Positions 8,075 to 16,056 of a stretch of 22,112 nt of DNA are shown in pieces. The translations under genes and the position numbers were made by a program. Source of the stretch: Abditibacteriaceae bacterium (lineage in GTDB: Bacteria; Armatimonadota; Abditibacteriia; Abditibacteriales; Abditibacteriaceae). The stretch spans positions 1 to 22,112 of the forward strand of contig JANMKN010000082.1 in assembly GCA_031372065.1 (NCBI GenBank). The letters run 5' to 3'. Under the pieces are notes generated by a model. The model was not told where the DNA came from. It saw only the letters and a program-made list of their open reading frames with translations, and ran no database searches. The stretch's first letter is position 1. Each line of letters starts with the position of its first letter.

Positions 8075-9553
8075 ATGAAACATTTTTTTCTCCTTTTGAT
8101 GGCTGCCTCTTTTCTTTCGCTACCGCACGCTTTTGCCAAAGATTCTGCCCAAGAAAAGCCCAATGTTTTGTTCATTGCGGTGGATGACCTCAACGATTGG
8201 ATTGGCTGCCTGAAAACGCATCCGCAGGCGCACACGCCCAACATTGATGCGCTGGCGTCTCGTGGAACTTTATTCACCAACGCACATTGCCAAGCGCCGC
8301 TTTGTAATCCGTCGCGAGCAAGTCTTTTAACGGGATTGCGCCCTTCGACAACAGGCATTTACGGCCTCGCGCCCGGTATTCGCGCGGTAGAAGCCACGAA
8401 AAACCGCGTGACTCTGCCGCAATACTTCGCAAAGCACGGATATTTCACGGCGGGTTTTGGCAAAATCTTTCACGACGGCTCGATTGCTAAAAATGAACAA
8501 GATAAAGAATTCGATGTATGGGGCATCGCGCCGCCGATTCCACTGCCCGATAAGAAATTAGTGAACACGCCTTCCGATTTGCGCGCGATGGATTGGGGCA
8601 TTTTCCCCGCAGATGATCGCGAGCAAGCTGATTGGAAAATTGCTGATGCGGCGATTAACCAACTGAAAAACGCGCCGCAAGGCAAGCCTTTTTTCATTGC
8701 TGCTGGCTTTCGATTGCCTCATGTGCCGTGTTTCGCTTCGCAAAAATGGTTTGATTTAATCGGCCCTGAAGAGAAAATTATCTTGCCCAACGTGCTGCGC
8801 AATGACCGCGCCGATTTACCATTTTTCGCGTGGTATTTGCACTGGAAACTGCCCGAACCACGCCTGTCGTGGCTCGAAAAAGCCAACCAATGGCGCAATC
8901 TCACGCGCGCTTATTTGGCAAGCACGGCCTTTATGGATAGTCAAGTCGGGCGTTTATTGGAAGCACTTGAAAAAAGCGGAAAACGTGAAAACACGATCAT
9001 TGTTTTATGGTCAGATCACGGATGGCACCTTGGCGAAAAAGGCATCACCGGCAAAAATTCGTTATGGAATCGCTCCACTCATGTGCCCCTGATTTTCGCC
9101 GGGCCGCGCGTGACAAAAAACGCACGTTGCAATCAACCAGCGGAATTGCTTGATTTGTATCCAACGTTAGTGGATTTATGTGATTTACCCCCACAAAGCG
9201 GCCTCGAAGGTCACAGTTTGTCGCCACAATTGCAAAATTCAGCAGCGCCGCGCCGTTTTCCGGCGATTACTACACACAATGTGGGCAACGATAGTGTGCG
9301 CTCAGAACGTTGGCGCTACATTCGTTATGCCAATGGCTCGCAAGAATTATATGATGAGCAAAACGACCCCAACGAATGGCGTAATTTAGCGAGTGAGTCG
9401 CGTTATGCCAAAGTAATTCACAATCTTGCGCGGTGGTTGCCAAAATCCGCTGCGCTACCCGCGCCGGGCAGTGCCCAACGCGTTTTGTGGCAAGAAAACG
9501 GCGCGTGGATTTGGGAAGGCAAAGCCATTAATCCGGCGGAATTGGAAGATTAG
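8075..9553 (+). CDS. Exported formylglycine-dependent (S1) sulfatase, iduronate-2-/choline-sulfatase-like
   Basis: Signal peptide; KPNVLFIAVDDLND; CxPxR signature CNPSRASLLTG; GKIFH; SDHGWHLGEK. Confidence 0.95.
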   Translation: MKHFFLLLMAASFLSLPHAFAKDSAQEKPNVLFIAVDDLNDWIGCLKTHPQAHTPNIDALASRGTLFTNAHCQAPLCNPSRASLLTGLRPSTTGIYGLAPGIRAVEATKNRVTLPQYFAKHGYFTAGFGKIFHDGSIAKNEQDKEFDVWGIAPPIPLPDKKLVNTPSDLRAMDWGIFPADDREQADWKIADAAINQLKNAPQGKPFFIAAGFRLPHVPCFASQKWFDLIGPEEKIILPNVLRNDRADLPFFAWYLHWKLPEPRLSWLEKANQWRNLTRAYLASTAFMDSQVGRLLEALEKSGKRENTIIVLWSDHGWHLGEKGITGKNSLWNRSTHVPLIFAGPRVTKNARCNQPAELLDLYPTLVDLCDLPPQSGLEGHSLSPQLQNSAAPRRFPAITTHNVGNDSVRSERWRYIRYANGSQELYDEQNDPNEWRNLASESRYAKVIHNLARWLPKSAALPAPGSAQRVLWQENGAWIWEGKAINPAELED

Positions 9554-9608
9554 ATGGACAGACTGAGAAAAATCCCTGTTAAATTCTGTTTAATATTGAT
9601 CGAAAATG

Positions 9609-9637
9609 TTGACAAATGCGCAAAGATGAATTATTCT
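9609..9637 (+). promoter_or_regulatory. Sigma70 promoter of the BMC operon, probably giving a leaderless deoR mRNA
   Basis: TTGACA (9609-9614), a 17-nt spacer, then TATTCT (9632-9637). The ATG is at 9645, 7 nt beyond the -10 box, with no Shine-Dalgarno. Confidence 0.7.
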
Positions 9638-9644
9638 TGAAACA

Positions 9645-10523
9645 ATGCTCCGCGAACACCGTTTGCGTAAAATCGAAGATGCGTTAGCCCGCCAGCCATT
9701 TTTAGAAGTCAAATCGCTGGCCCGTCAACTACGCGTCTCCGATGCCACGGTGCGCCGCGATTTGTCGGCCTTGCACGATGCCGGACGACTCAAACGCACA
9801 CGCGGCGGCGCGTTGCCGCCACGCGAAAAAAATGCTGTTTCCCAAACGGCTTCGACTGCCCCACTTTCCGAACTCTCCACACAAAAAATTGCCGATCAAG
9901 CACGGCCTTTTGCCGAGCGCGATACCATCAATCGCGAAGCGAAAACACGTATTGGCGCCTTGGCCGCGACTTTAGTGAGTGACGGTCAAAGCGTGATGTT
10001 GTCGGGCGGCACAACTTGTTTGGCTTTAGCAAGACAATTGGTTCATCATCGCATTTCAGTGGTGACAAATTCGCTTCCAGCGGCCACGCTTTTGGGCGGC
10101 AATTTGGGCGTTGATGTTTTGGTCACCGGTGGCATGGTTTATTCACGGCGCGACCTGTTAATCGGGCCTTTGGTGTCGCATACGCTTTCGCAGATTCATG
10201 CGGCAGATTTGTTGTTTTTAGGCGGCAGTGGCGCCGATGCCGAAGGATTTTTCGATTCCAATCATTGGGAAGTCGAAGCACAGCGCGAACTGATGTCGCG
10301 GGCCAATAAAGTGGTGCTGCTTTTAGATTCGGCGAAGTTCAATCGCCGCGACATGATGATGGTGGCGCCGTGGAGCGAAGTGGATGTTTTAGTCACTGAG
10401 GCGGCCCCTGAAGAAATTGGTGGCGAGGAATTCGCCCGCGCCCTGCGCAAAGCCAAAGTTGATGTCATGGTGGCGCAAACGGGTGAAAAACCCTTGAAAC
10501 ATAAGGCGAAAAAGGAAAATTGA
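9645..10523 (+). CDS. DeoR/GlpR-family transcriptional regulator
   Basis: N-terminal HTH (LARQLRVSDATVRRDL...RTRGGA) and a DeoR C-terminal sensor domain (GGTT, VVTNSLPAA, LLDSAKF). Confidence 0.95.
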   Translation: MLREHRLRKIEDALARQPFLEVKSLARQLRVSDATVRRDLSALHDAGRLKRTRGGALPPREKNAVSQTASTAPLSELSTQKIADQARPFAERDTINREAKTRIGALAATLVSDGQSVMLSGGTTCLALARQLVHHRISVVTNSLPAATLLGGNLGVDVLVTGGMVYSRRDLLIGPLVSHTLSQIHAADLLFLGGSGADAEGFFDSNHWEVEAQRELMSRANKVVLLLDSAKFNRRDMMMVAPWSEVDVLVTEAAPEEIGGEEFARALRKAKVDVMVAQTGEKPLKHKAKKEN

Positions 10524-11425
10524 TGGCGGAAAACAATTTCAACGAACGCGCTCTGCGCGAAGAAATTTGCGAGATCGGACGGCGCGTCTGGCATCGTGAG
10601 TATGTTGCGGCTAACGATGGAAATATTTCGGTGCGCCTCAACGACCATGAAATTTTGGCGACGCCAACCGGCGTTTCCAAAGGTTATTTAACGCCCGATA
10701 TGCTGGTCGTCATTGACCGCCAGGGCAATAAATTGCGCGGGCACATGAAGCCTTCGAGTGAACTGAAAATGCATCGCGCGTTTTACGATGCGCGGCCCGA
10801 TGTGCGCGCCGTTTGTCATGCCCATCCGATTGTCGCAACGGGCTTTGCCGTAGCGGGCTTAAGTCTTGAACGCTGCACGCTTCCCGAAGTGGTCATCTCT
10901 TTGGGCAGCGTGCCTTTGGCGAAATACGGCGTGCCCGGTTCGGACGAACTGACGCAGGACATCATGGACAATTATGTGGCGAATCACGACGCGTTTTTAT
11001 TGGCGAATCATGGTGTGGTAACCATTGGGCAAACGCTTATGAATGCCTACTACAAAATGGAAACCGTCGAGCATTTTGCCAAGATTTCACTGGTGGCGCG
11101 GCAACTTGGTAACGAGAACGTGTTTTCGCCCGAACGCGCGCAAGAATTGATGGATGCGCGGCAACGTTACGGCGTGCTGGCAAGCGGCGCGTGTCGCATC
11201 GAATCGAAGGAAAAAGACCCGAAGGTCACCTATGCGCCCGAAGTGCCGATGACTGGTTTTGGTGCGGCGGCCTATGCCGGTGACGAAGCGAAAAGTGGAA
11301 TGACGAAGAATGGTAACGGCGCCAGCAACGGCCAAAGTAACGGTGCTTACGACCTCAGCGAAAGCGAATTGAAAGACTTAGTAGGCGAAGTTACGCGACG
11401 CATCGTTGAAGGATTGAAAAGATAA
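10523..11425 (+). CDS. Class II (Zn) aldolase, fuculose/rhamnulose-1-phosphate aldolase-like, with C-terminal encapsulation peptide
   Basis: DGNISVR, TPTGVSKG, PSSELKMH, HAHP and LANHG motifs. The ATG overlaps the deoR stop (TGATG). A low-complexity linker is followed by the amphipathic helix LSESELKDLVGEVTRRIVEGLKR. Confidence 0.93.
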   Translation: MAENNFNERALREEICEIGRRVWHREYVAANDGNISVRLNDHEILATPTGVSKGYLTPDMLVVIDRQGNKLRGHMKPSSELKMHRAFYDARPDVRAVCHAHPIVATGFAVAGLSLERCTLPEVVISLGSVPLAKYGVPGSDELTQDIMDNYVANHDAFLLANHGVVTIGQTLMNAYYKMETVEHFAKISLVARQLGNENVFSPERAQELMDARQRYGVLASGACRIESKEKDPKVTYAPEVPMTGFGAAAYAGDEAKSGMTKNGNGASNGQSNGAYDLSESELKDLVGEVTRRIVEGLKR

Positions 11426-11494
11426 TTTGCAATTGCGAGCAATTTCGCTCATAATTGAACAGAATTAATCAGAGATTAAATCTCAGGAGGCCAC

Positions 11495-11890
11495 ATGGCA
11501 GGAGAAGCATTGGGATTGATTGAGACAAAAGGCTTGATTGCCTTAGTCGAAGCGGCAGACGCGATGGCAAAATCGGCCAACGTGCAATTGGAAGGTTATG
11601 ATCAGGTCGGCTCGGCATTGGTCACCGTCACGGTGCGCGGCGATGTTGGCGCAGTCACAGCAGCGGTTGAAGCGGGCGCGGCAGCGGCGCGGCGTGTGGG
11701 CGAAGTCATTTCGGCCCATGTGATAGCGCGTCCGCATCCCGACTTGGAAAAAATGCTGCCTAAAGGAGCGGGCAAAAGTCCGCGCGCCTTTGGGAACTAT
11801 CTGGCAGCGCAAAACGGCGCGTCGGAATTGACCGCAGGCGAAAGCGTGGCGCCGGAAGCCGCTGACAGCGCGAAACGCAGTCGGCGATAA
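11495..11890 (+). CDS. BMC-H shell hexamer protein with ~40-aa C-terminal extension
   Basis: [22 protein letters not shown]...RGDVGAV...HVIARPH (Pfam BMC signature); AGGAGG SD. Confidence 0.96.
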   Translation: MAGEALGLIETKGLIALVEAADAMAKSANVQLEGYDQVGSALVTVTVRGDVGAVTAAVEAGAAAARRVGEVISAHVIARPHPDLEKMLPKGAGKSPRAFGNYLAAQNGASELTAGESVAPEAADSAKRSRR

Positions 11891-11921
11891 GTTACGCCTT
11901 GGTGATTGGAGCGGAAACATA

Positions 11922-12146
11922 ATGATAATCATCGGCACTCATTTTTTTGCGTGGGGTTCACAGTTGATGAGCCAGTCCATGCAGTGTGGAAAATGCGGCA
12001 ACGTGGCGCAATTCATATTAAAAAAAGGAATGCGATTCATCACGGTGTTTTTCGTCATTCCGATTTGTCCCATCAGTGGTGTGAAGCACATGGCGCAATG
12101 CCCCAATTGCAAGGCGCGCTATGATGTAGCCGCAAATCAAAATTGA
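11922..12146 (+). CDS. Small zinc-ribbon protein (zinc_ribbon_15-like)
   Basis: 74 aa: MIIIG...CGKC...TVFFVIPICP...CPNC; GGAG upstream. Confidence 0.75.
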   Translation: MIIIGTHFFAWGSQLMSQSMQCGKCGNVAQFILKKGMRFITVFFVIPICPISGVKHMAQCPNCKARYDVAANQN

Positions 12147-12180
12147 CTGAAAATTGAAGCAAGTTTTAAGGAGAACGACA

Positions 12181-12450
12181 ATGGCAAACGGTGAAGCGTT
12201 AGGGATGATTGAGACCAAAGGTTTGGTCGGTGCCGTAGAAGCTGCCGACGCAATGGTGAAGGCGGCCAATGTGGAATTGATTGGCAAGCAAAGCATCGGC
12301 GGTGGACTGGTGACTGTGATGGTCGCTGGCGATGTTGGCGCTGTGAAAGCCGCCACGGATGCGGGTGCGGCTGCCGCGCAACGTGTGGGCGAATTGGTCA
12401 GCGTTCATGTGATTCCGCGTCCGCATAGCGACTTGGAAAAAGTGTTTTGA
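12181..12450 (+). CDS. BMC-H shell hexamer protein (EutM/PduA-like)
   Basis: [31 protein letters not shown]...[13 protein letters not shown]...HVIPRPH; AGGAG SD before ATG 12181. Confidence 0.97.
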   Translation: MANGEALGMIETKGLVGAVEAADAMVKAANVELIGKQSIGGGLVTVMVAGDVGAVKAATDAGAAAAQRVGELVSVHVIPRPHSDLEKVF

Positions 12451-12542
12451 TTTTAGGGATTAGGTCTTTGGCCTTGCACGTTATGCGTTTGATTTTTGGA
12501 ATTGTCTTCGAATTTCAAACTCCAAAGACCCAAATCCTAAAA
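12451..12542. repeat. Intergenic inverted repeat built from ~7-bp units
   Basis: TTTTAGGGATTAGGTCTTTGG (12451-12471) pairs with CCAAAGACCCAAATCCTAAAA (12522-12542), with 3 mismatches. Confidence 0.75.
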
Positions 12543-12562
12543 CCTAAGACCAGTTCGTCAAA

Positions 12563-13342
12563 ATGAAAATTTCGCACGAAGATTTAGTGCGTTTGATTGC
12601 CGGTGAAGTCGGGGCGCTGCTGCAAAGTCGTATAAACGCCGCGCCCAATGGCAAATCGAACGGGACGCCGCCGGGCTTGCCTACGACGCCTTTTGGCGCC
12701 GAGGCCAGCGACAAATATCCGTCGCCCGAAACGATTGCGCAGAACGGGTTTCCGTGCAATGTTTCGGCGCGGCATGGACATTTGACACCGGAACACGTCG
12801 AAATTTTATTTGGTCGCGGCGCGAAATTGACGCCTTTCAAATGGCTGTATCAGGAAGGGCAGTTCGCCTCGGAGCAACGCGTGCATATCGTCGGGCCGCG
12901 CGGCTCCATTACCAACGTGCGCATTTTGGGGCCGGAGCGCAGCAAAAGCCAGTTTGAAATTTCGCGCACCGATGCCTTGACCATTGGCGTGATGCCGCCG
13001 ATTTTGCAGTCGGTCAATCATGGCATCGGGTCGCCGATTACTGTGGTTGGCCCACAAGGTAGTCTGCATTTGGACGATGCTTTGATTCGCGCCAAGCGCC
13101 ATGTGCATTTGCATCCTGACGAAGCGCAGCTATTGGGCGTGCGAGATGGCGATGAAATCGGTGTCGAATTGCCCGGTAGCGATCAAGGCTTGCTGCTGTA
13201 TAACACGCTGATTCGCGTTGATAAAAGTTTTCACGCCGAGATGCACATTGACACCGACGAAGGCAACGCAGCGGGCATCGAACCGGGTGCCAAAGGTTTC
13301 GTGCTGTCGCCGCGCTCAGGCATTTGCCAGATTTGTAAGTAG
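12563..13342 (+). CDS. pduL: PduL-type phosphate acyltransferase (phosphotransacylase) with N-terminal encapsulation peptide
   Basis: NVSARHGHL, VRILGPER...QFEISRTDA, RHVHLH and EMHIDTDEGNA motifs; N-terminal helix ISHEDLVRLIAGEVGALLQSR followed by a Pro/Gly linker. Confidence 0.93.
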   Translation: MKISHEDLVRLIAGEVGALLQSRINAAPNGKSNGTPPGLPTTPFGAEASDKYPSPETIAQNGFPCNVSARHGHLTPEHVEILFGRGAKLTPFKWLYQEGQFASEQRVHIVGPRGSITNVRILGPERSKSQFEISRTDALTIGVMPPILQSVNHGIGSPITVVGPQGSLHLDDALIRAKRHVHLHPDEAQLLGVRDGDEIGVELPGSDQGLLLYNTLIRVDKSFHAEMHIDTDEGNAAGIEPGAKGFVLSPRSGICQICK

Positions 13343-13440
13343 GTTTTGGGACTTAGGTTTTGGGTTTTTGAACGGCGGAGTTGGTTCGTCAAAGCCCCAA
13401 AACCAAAACCCAAAGACCAAAAACCTAAGTCCCAAAACCT
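13341..13440. repeat. Intergenic inverted repeat, perfect 21-bp arms built from ~7-bp units
   Basis: AGGTTTTGGGACTTAGGTTTT (13341-13361) is the exact reverse complement of AAAACCTAAGTCCCAAAACCT (13420-13440); further CCAAAAC-like units lie inside. Confidence 0.9.
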
Positions 13441-13443
13441 GAA

Positions 13444-14160
13444 ATGATTCTCCCACACGGATGGCAATTGCCAGAAGCGGTAACGGAACGCTTGGGCGAA
13501 AGCGTGGGGCGGCAACGCGCGATAGTCGAGGACGGTCATCTGTTGCTGGTTTTGCATAAGTTGCCGTCGGCGGAAGGTTCGAAACGACAAGGAGTTTTGT
13601 TCTGGCGCAATGGCGAAGGTGAATGGAAAAGTAGCGAAGGGCGCGAAGGCGTTGGCGCGTTGCGCGTGCATTTGGAAGCGTATTCCAAAGCTGTGGAAGC
13701 GCTGGACGAATCCTACGAAAAAGTGCAAGGCGCGCACGATTTGTTTGTGATATTGGAAAGCACATTGCCGATTTCGCGCGCCGCGAAAAATCAAGCGACG
13801 GCCTTGCAAACAGCGCGCGAAAGTTTGCCGGAGGCACGCGAAATCATTTCGTTGCGCGATATGGCGAGCGATATCGAACGCGCTGCCGAACTGGTTTACA
13901 CCGATGCTAAAAATGCGTTGGATTATCAAATCGCGCGGCAAGGTGAAGAACAATCGCGATTGAGCCATGAATTGAGTGAGGCCGGCCATCGCTTGAATCT
14001 TTTGGCCGCTTTGTTTTTGCCGCTTTCGGTAATTGGCGGCCTCTTCGCCAACTCGCTGCACACTGGTTTGGAAGACGCTCCTTCTTGGGTGTTCTGGATG
14101 ATGATAGCGAGCGCGCTTCTATTGGGTTTTGCATTGCGTGGCAAAGCGCCGCGAAAGTGA
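13444..14160 (+). CDS. CorA-like membrane protein (helical stalk + 2 C-terminal TM helices), GMN motif absent
   Basis: A long helical region, then RLNLLAALFLPLSVIGGLFANSL and a second TM segment (WVFWMMIASALLLGFAL). This is the typical CorA C-terminal layout. Confidence 0.7.
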   Translation: MILPHGWQLPEAVTERLGESVGRQRAIVEDGHLLLVLHKLPSAEGSKRQGVLFWRNGEGEWKSSEGREGVGALRVHLEAYSKAVEALDESYEKVQGAHDLFVILESTLPISRAAKNQATALQTARESLPEAREIISLRDMASDIERAAELVYTDAKNALDYQIARQGEEQSRLSHELSEAGHRLNLLAALFLPLSVIGGLFANSLHTGLEDAPSWVFWMMIASALLLGFALRGKAPRK

Positions 14161-14164
14161 ATTT

Positions 14165-14449
14165 ATGCGACTTGGCAAAGTCGTCGGCACCGTGGTGGCG
14201 ACGCAAAAAGACCCCAAACTTGTCGGCTGGAAATTGTTGCTGGTGCGCGAATTGAATGTGGACGGCACTCCCACCAACACTTGCATGGTGGCAATTGATA
14301 CCGTCGGCGCGGGCATTGGCGAAACGGTTTTGACGGTGGCCGGAAGCTCGGCGCGCCTTGCCAATCGCGCCGAGGGCGTGCCAGTGGATGCTTCGGTTGT
14401 CGGTATCGTGGACACCGTCGAATGCGATGGCAAGCGAATGAGTTTTTGA
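14165..14449 (+). CDS. BMC-P vertex pentamer (EutN/CcmL family)
   Basis: MRLGKVVGTVVATQKDPKLVGWKLLLV...AIDTVGAGIGE...GSSAR...PVDASVVGIVD. Confidence 0.96.
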   Translation: MRLGKVVGTVVATQKDPKLVGWKLLLVRELNVDGTPTNTCMVAIDTVGAGIGETVLTVAGSSARLANRAEGVPVDASVVGIVDTVECDGKRMSF

Positions 14450-14455
14450 AAGGTT

Positions 14456-14633
14456 CAGCGCCGAGACGCGGAGATGCAGAGAAAAGAATAGCCACGAAAA
14501 GGCGCAGAAATCACAGAAACTGCCCATAAAAAGATGAATTTGGCCGTTGTTATCAAATTTTCTATGTCTTTTTGCATCTTTTGTGTTTTTTCGCGGCTAT
14601 TTTTCTACCAGCGCACTCCGCGTCTCGGCGCTG
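14456..14633. repeat. Nested long inverted repeat (outer perfect 18-bp arms; inner ~9-bp-periodic arms)
   Basis: Outer arms: CAGCGCCGAGACGCGGAG (14456-14473) / CTCCGCGTCTCGGCGCTG (14616-14633). Inner arms: AATAGCCACGAAAA (14487-14500) / TTTTCGCGGCTATT (14588-14601), plus GCAGAAA/CACAGAAA versus TTTTGCATC/TTTTGTG units. Confidence 0.88.
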
Positions 14634-14644
14634 GATAAAACATC

Positions 14645-14905
14645 ATGGATTTTGGAAAAGTCATTGGTCGGGTGGTTTGCACCATTAAAGACCCGAAATT
14701 GGAAAACCTGCCGCTACTCATCATCGAAGGCTGCGGGCATGACGGCAAGTCGGCGAACACGCGCTTTATTGCGGCGGATGCGATTGGCGTCGGCGAAGGC
14801 GAATTCGTTTGGTATGAAACGTCTGGCGAAGCGCCATTGGCGTGGGAAAGACGCCCGCCTGTGGATGCCTCAATTGTCGGTATTGTGGACAAAGTAAACA
14901 GTTAG
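14645..14905 (+). CDS. BMC-P vertex pentamer (EutN/CcmL family)
   Basis: MDFGKVIGRVVCTIKDPKL...AADAIGVGEGE...PVDASIVGIVD. Confidence 0.93.
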   Translation: MDFGKVIGRVVCTIKDPKLENLPLLIIEGCGHDGKSANTRFIAADAIGVGEGEFVWYETSGEAPLAWERRPPVDASIVGIVDKVNS

Positions 14906-14947
14906 CTTTATAGCAGTTAGATTTCAAAGCTAATCCCTAAAAGCTAA
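14902..14947. repeat. Short intergenic inverted repeat of TTAG/CTAA ~7-bp units
   Basis: TTAGCTTT (14902-14909) / AAAGCTAA (14940-14947), with inner TTAG/CTAA. Confidence 0.55.
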
Positions 14948-14955
14948 AGGCTCCA

Positions 14956-15261
14956 ATGAAACTCGCGCGTGTGATTGGCAACGTCGAAGGTGTGATTAAG
15001 CATCCGACTTACGTCAGCTTGAAAATGCTGGTGGTGCAGCCGTTGGATGAATTTCTTGGCGAAAAAGGCCGCACGCATCCGGCGATTGATACGGTTGGTG
15101 CAGGCATCGGCGATTTGGTTTTGGTGGTTGAAGAAGGCAAGGCCGCGCGCGAAAGAGTCGGGAAGAAAAACGTGCCGATTCGCACCTTAGTGATTGGAAT
15201 TGTGGATTCGGTAGATGTGCTGGCACGCGAAGAAACGGGCCACCAGAAAAATCTGGCATAA
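14956..15261 (+). CDS. BMC-P vertex pentamer (EutN/CcmL family)
   Basis: MKLARVIGNV...K...MLVVQP...AIDTVGAGIGDLVLV...EG..AR...PI...VIGIVD. Confidence 0.94.
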   Translation: MKLARVIGNVEGVIKHPTYVSLKMLVVQPLDEFLGEKGRTHPAIDTVGAGIGDLVLVVEEGKAARERVGKKNVPIRTLVIGIVDSVDVLAREETGHQKNLA

Positions 15262-15266
15262 ACGAC

Positions 15267-15995
15267 ATGAGTGAATTTGAACTGAACGCCACGCAACTGC
15301 AAAACCTGATTCGAGACACCGTTCAGGCTGTTTTGCAGGAACGCGCCGCGCGTCAAGCGCCAACGCCTATCGTGTCGGCGCCGCAACCGAAAGCCAAGCA
15401 GATTCTGGTGGCGGTTTGTTGCAATGAATGTTTGCGGCCCGAAGCGACAGCGGCGCTTAATGAATTGAGAAGCGCCGGTTTCATCCTAATCGAGCCGGGG
15501 CCTCATGAATTCAAAGAGCGCGCCACGCGCGAGCGATTAGTCTCCAAAAGTGACCTCGTTCTCTTACCTTCAATGGGCGATGACGACGCGGCGAAAATGG
15601 CGCTGGGCATTTTCGATGAGCCAACCGCACGAGTCGCGCTTTCGGCTTTGGCCGTGGGCAAACCACTTTTAGCATCGCCGCATTCGCCTTACGATGGCGC
15701 TTTGAAATCGCGCAGTCCGGTGCTTTTCAATTTGTGGCAAGGCTATCGCAAAACACTGGAAAATTTCGGCTTTGAAATTGTTGAAGCCGATGCAATGGCA
15801 AGCGCCGCACAAGCGCATTTGGCGCCGAAAAATGAAATCAAAATGGTCAGCGCACCATCTGGCAAGCGGCGTGTGATTACGGCGCAAGAAATCGAAGCGG
15901 CAGCGCTAAATGGCAAGCGTTTCGATGTGCCGCCCGGCGCGCTCATAACGCCTTTGGCGCGTGACAGAGCGCGCGAACTTGGTGTGAAATTGTGA
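15267..15995 (+). CDS. BMC-associated accessory protein: N-terminal encapsulation-like helix, flavoprotein/PduM-like Rossmann-type core, C-terminal ITPLARD domain
   Basis: N-terminal LNATQLQNLIRDTVQAVLQER plus Pro linker; core DLVLLP...AKMALGIFD...ALAVGKPL; C-terminal VITAQEI...VPPGALITPLARDRARELGV, a motif I recall from BMC-locus accessory proteins. Confidence 0.7.
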   Translation: MSEFELNATQLQNLIRDTVQAVLQERAARQAPTPIVSAPQPKAKQILVAVCCNECLRPEATAALNELRSAGFILIEPGPHEFKERATRERLVSKSDLVLLPSMGDDDAAKMALGIFDEPTARVALSALAVGKPLLASPHSPYDGALKSRSPVLFNLWQGYRKTLENFGFEIVEADAMASAAQAHLAPKNEIKMVSAPSGKRRVITAQEIEAAALNGKRFDVPPGALITPLARDRARELGVKL

Positions 15996-16005
15996 AGTTT
16001 TAATA

Positions 16006-16034
16006 GGAACGCGGAGGCACAGCCTCGGCGTTCC
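16006..16034. repeat. GC-rich intergenic hairpin (REP-like)
   Basis: GGAACGC-G-GAGGC-ACA-GCCTC-G-GCGTTCC, just upstream of the aldehyde dehydrogenase SD. Confidence 0.6.
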
Positions 16035-16056
16035 GTTTAAAAAGCATGAGGTAAAA

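Noticed and set aside
13218..14061. ORFs 13218-13442 (+), 13231-14061 (-) and 13316-13837 (-) with WDLGF/PKT repeats
   Set aside because: These are translations through the heptamer inverted repeat or antisense to real genes.
14547..14897. 116-aa ORF overlapping the second BMC-P gene
   Set aside because: It starts in the palindromic spacer and is out of frame with a clear EutN-family gene.
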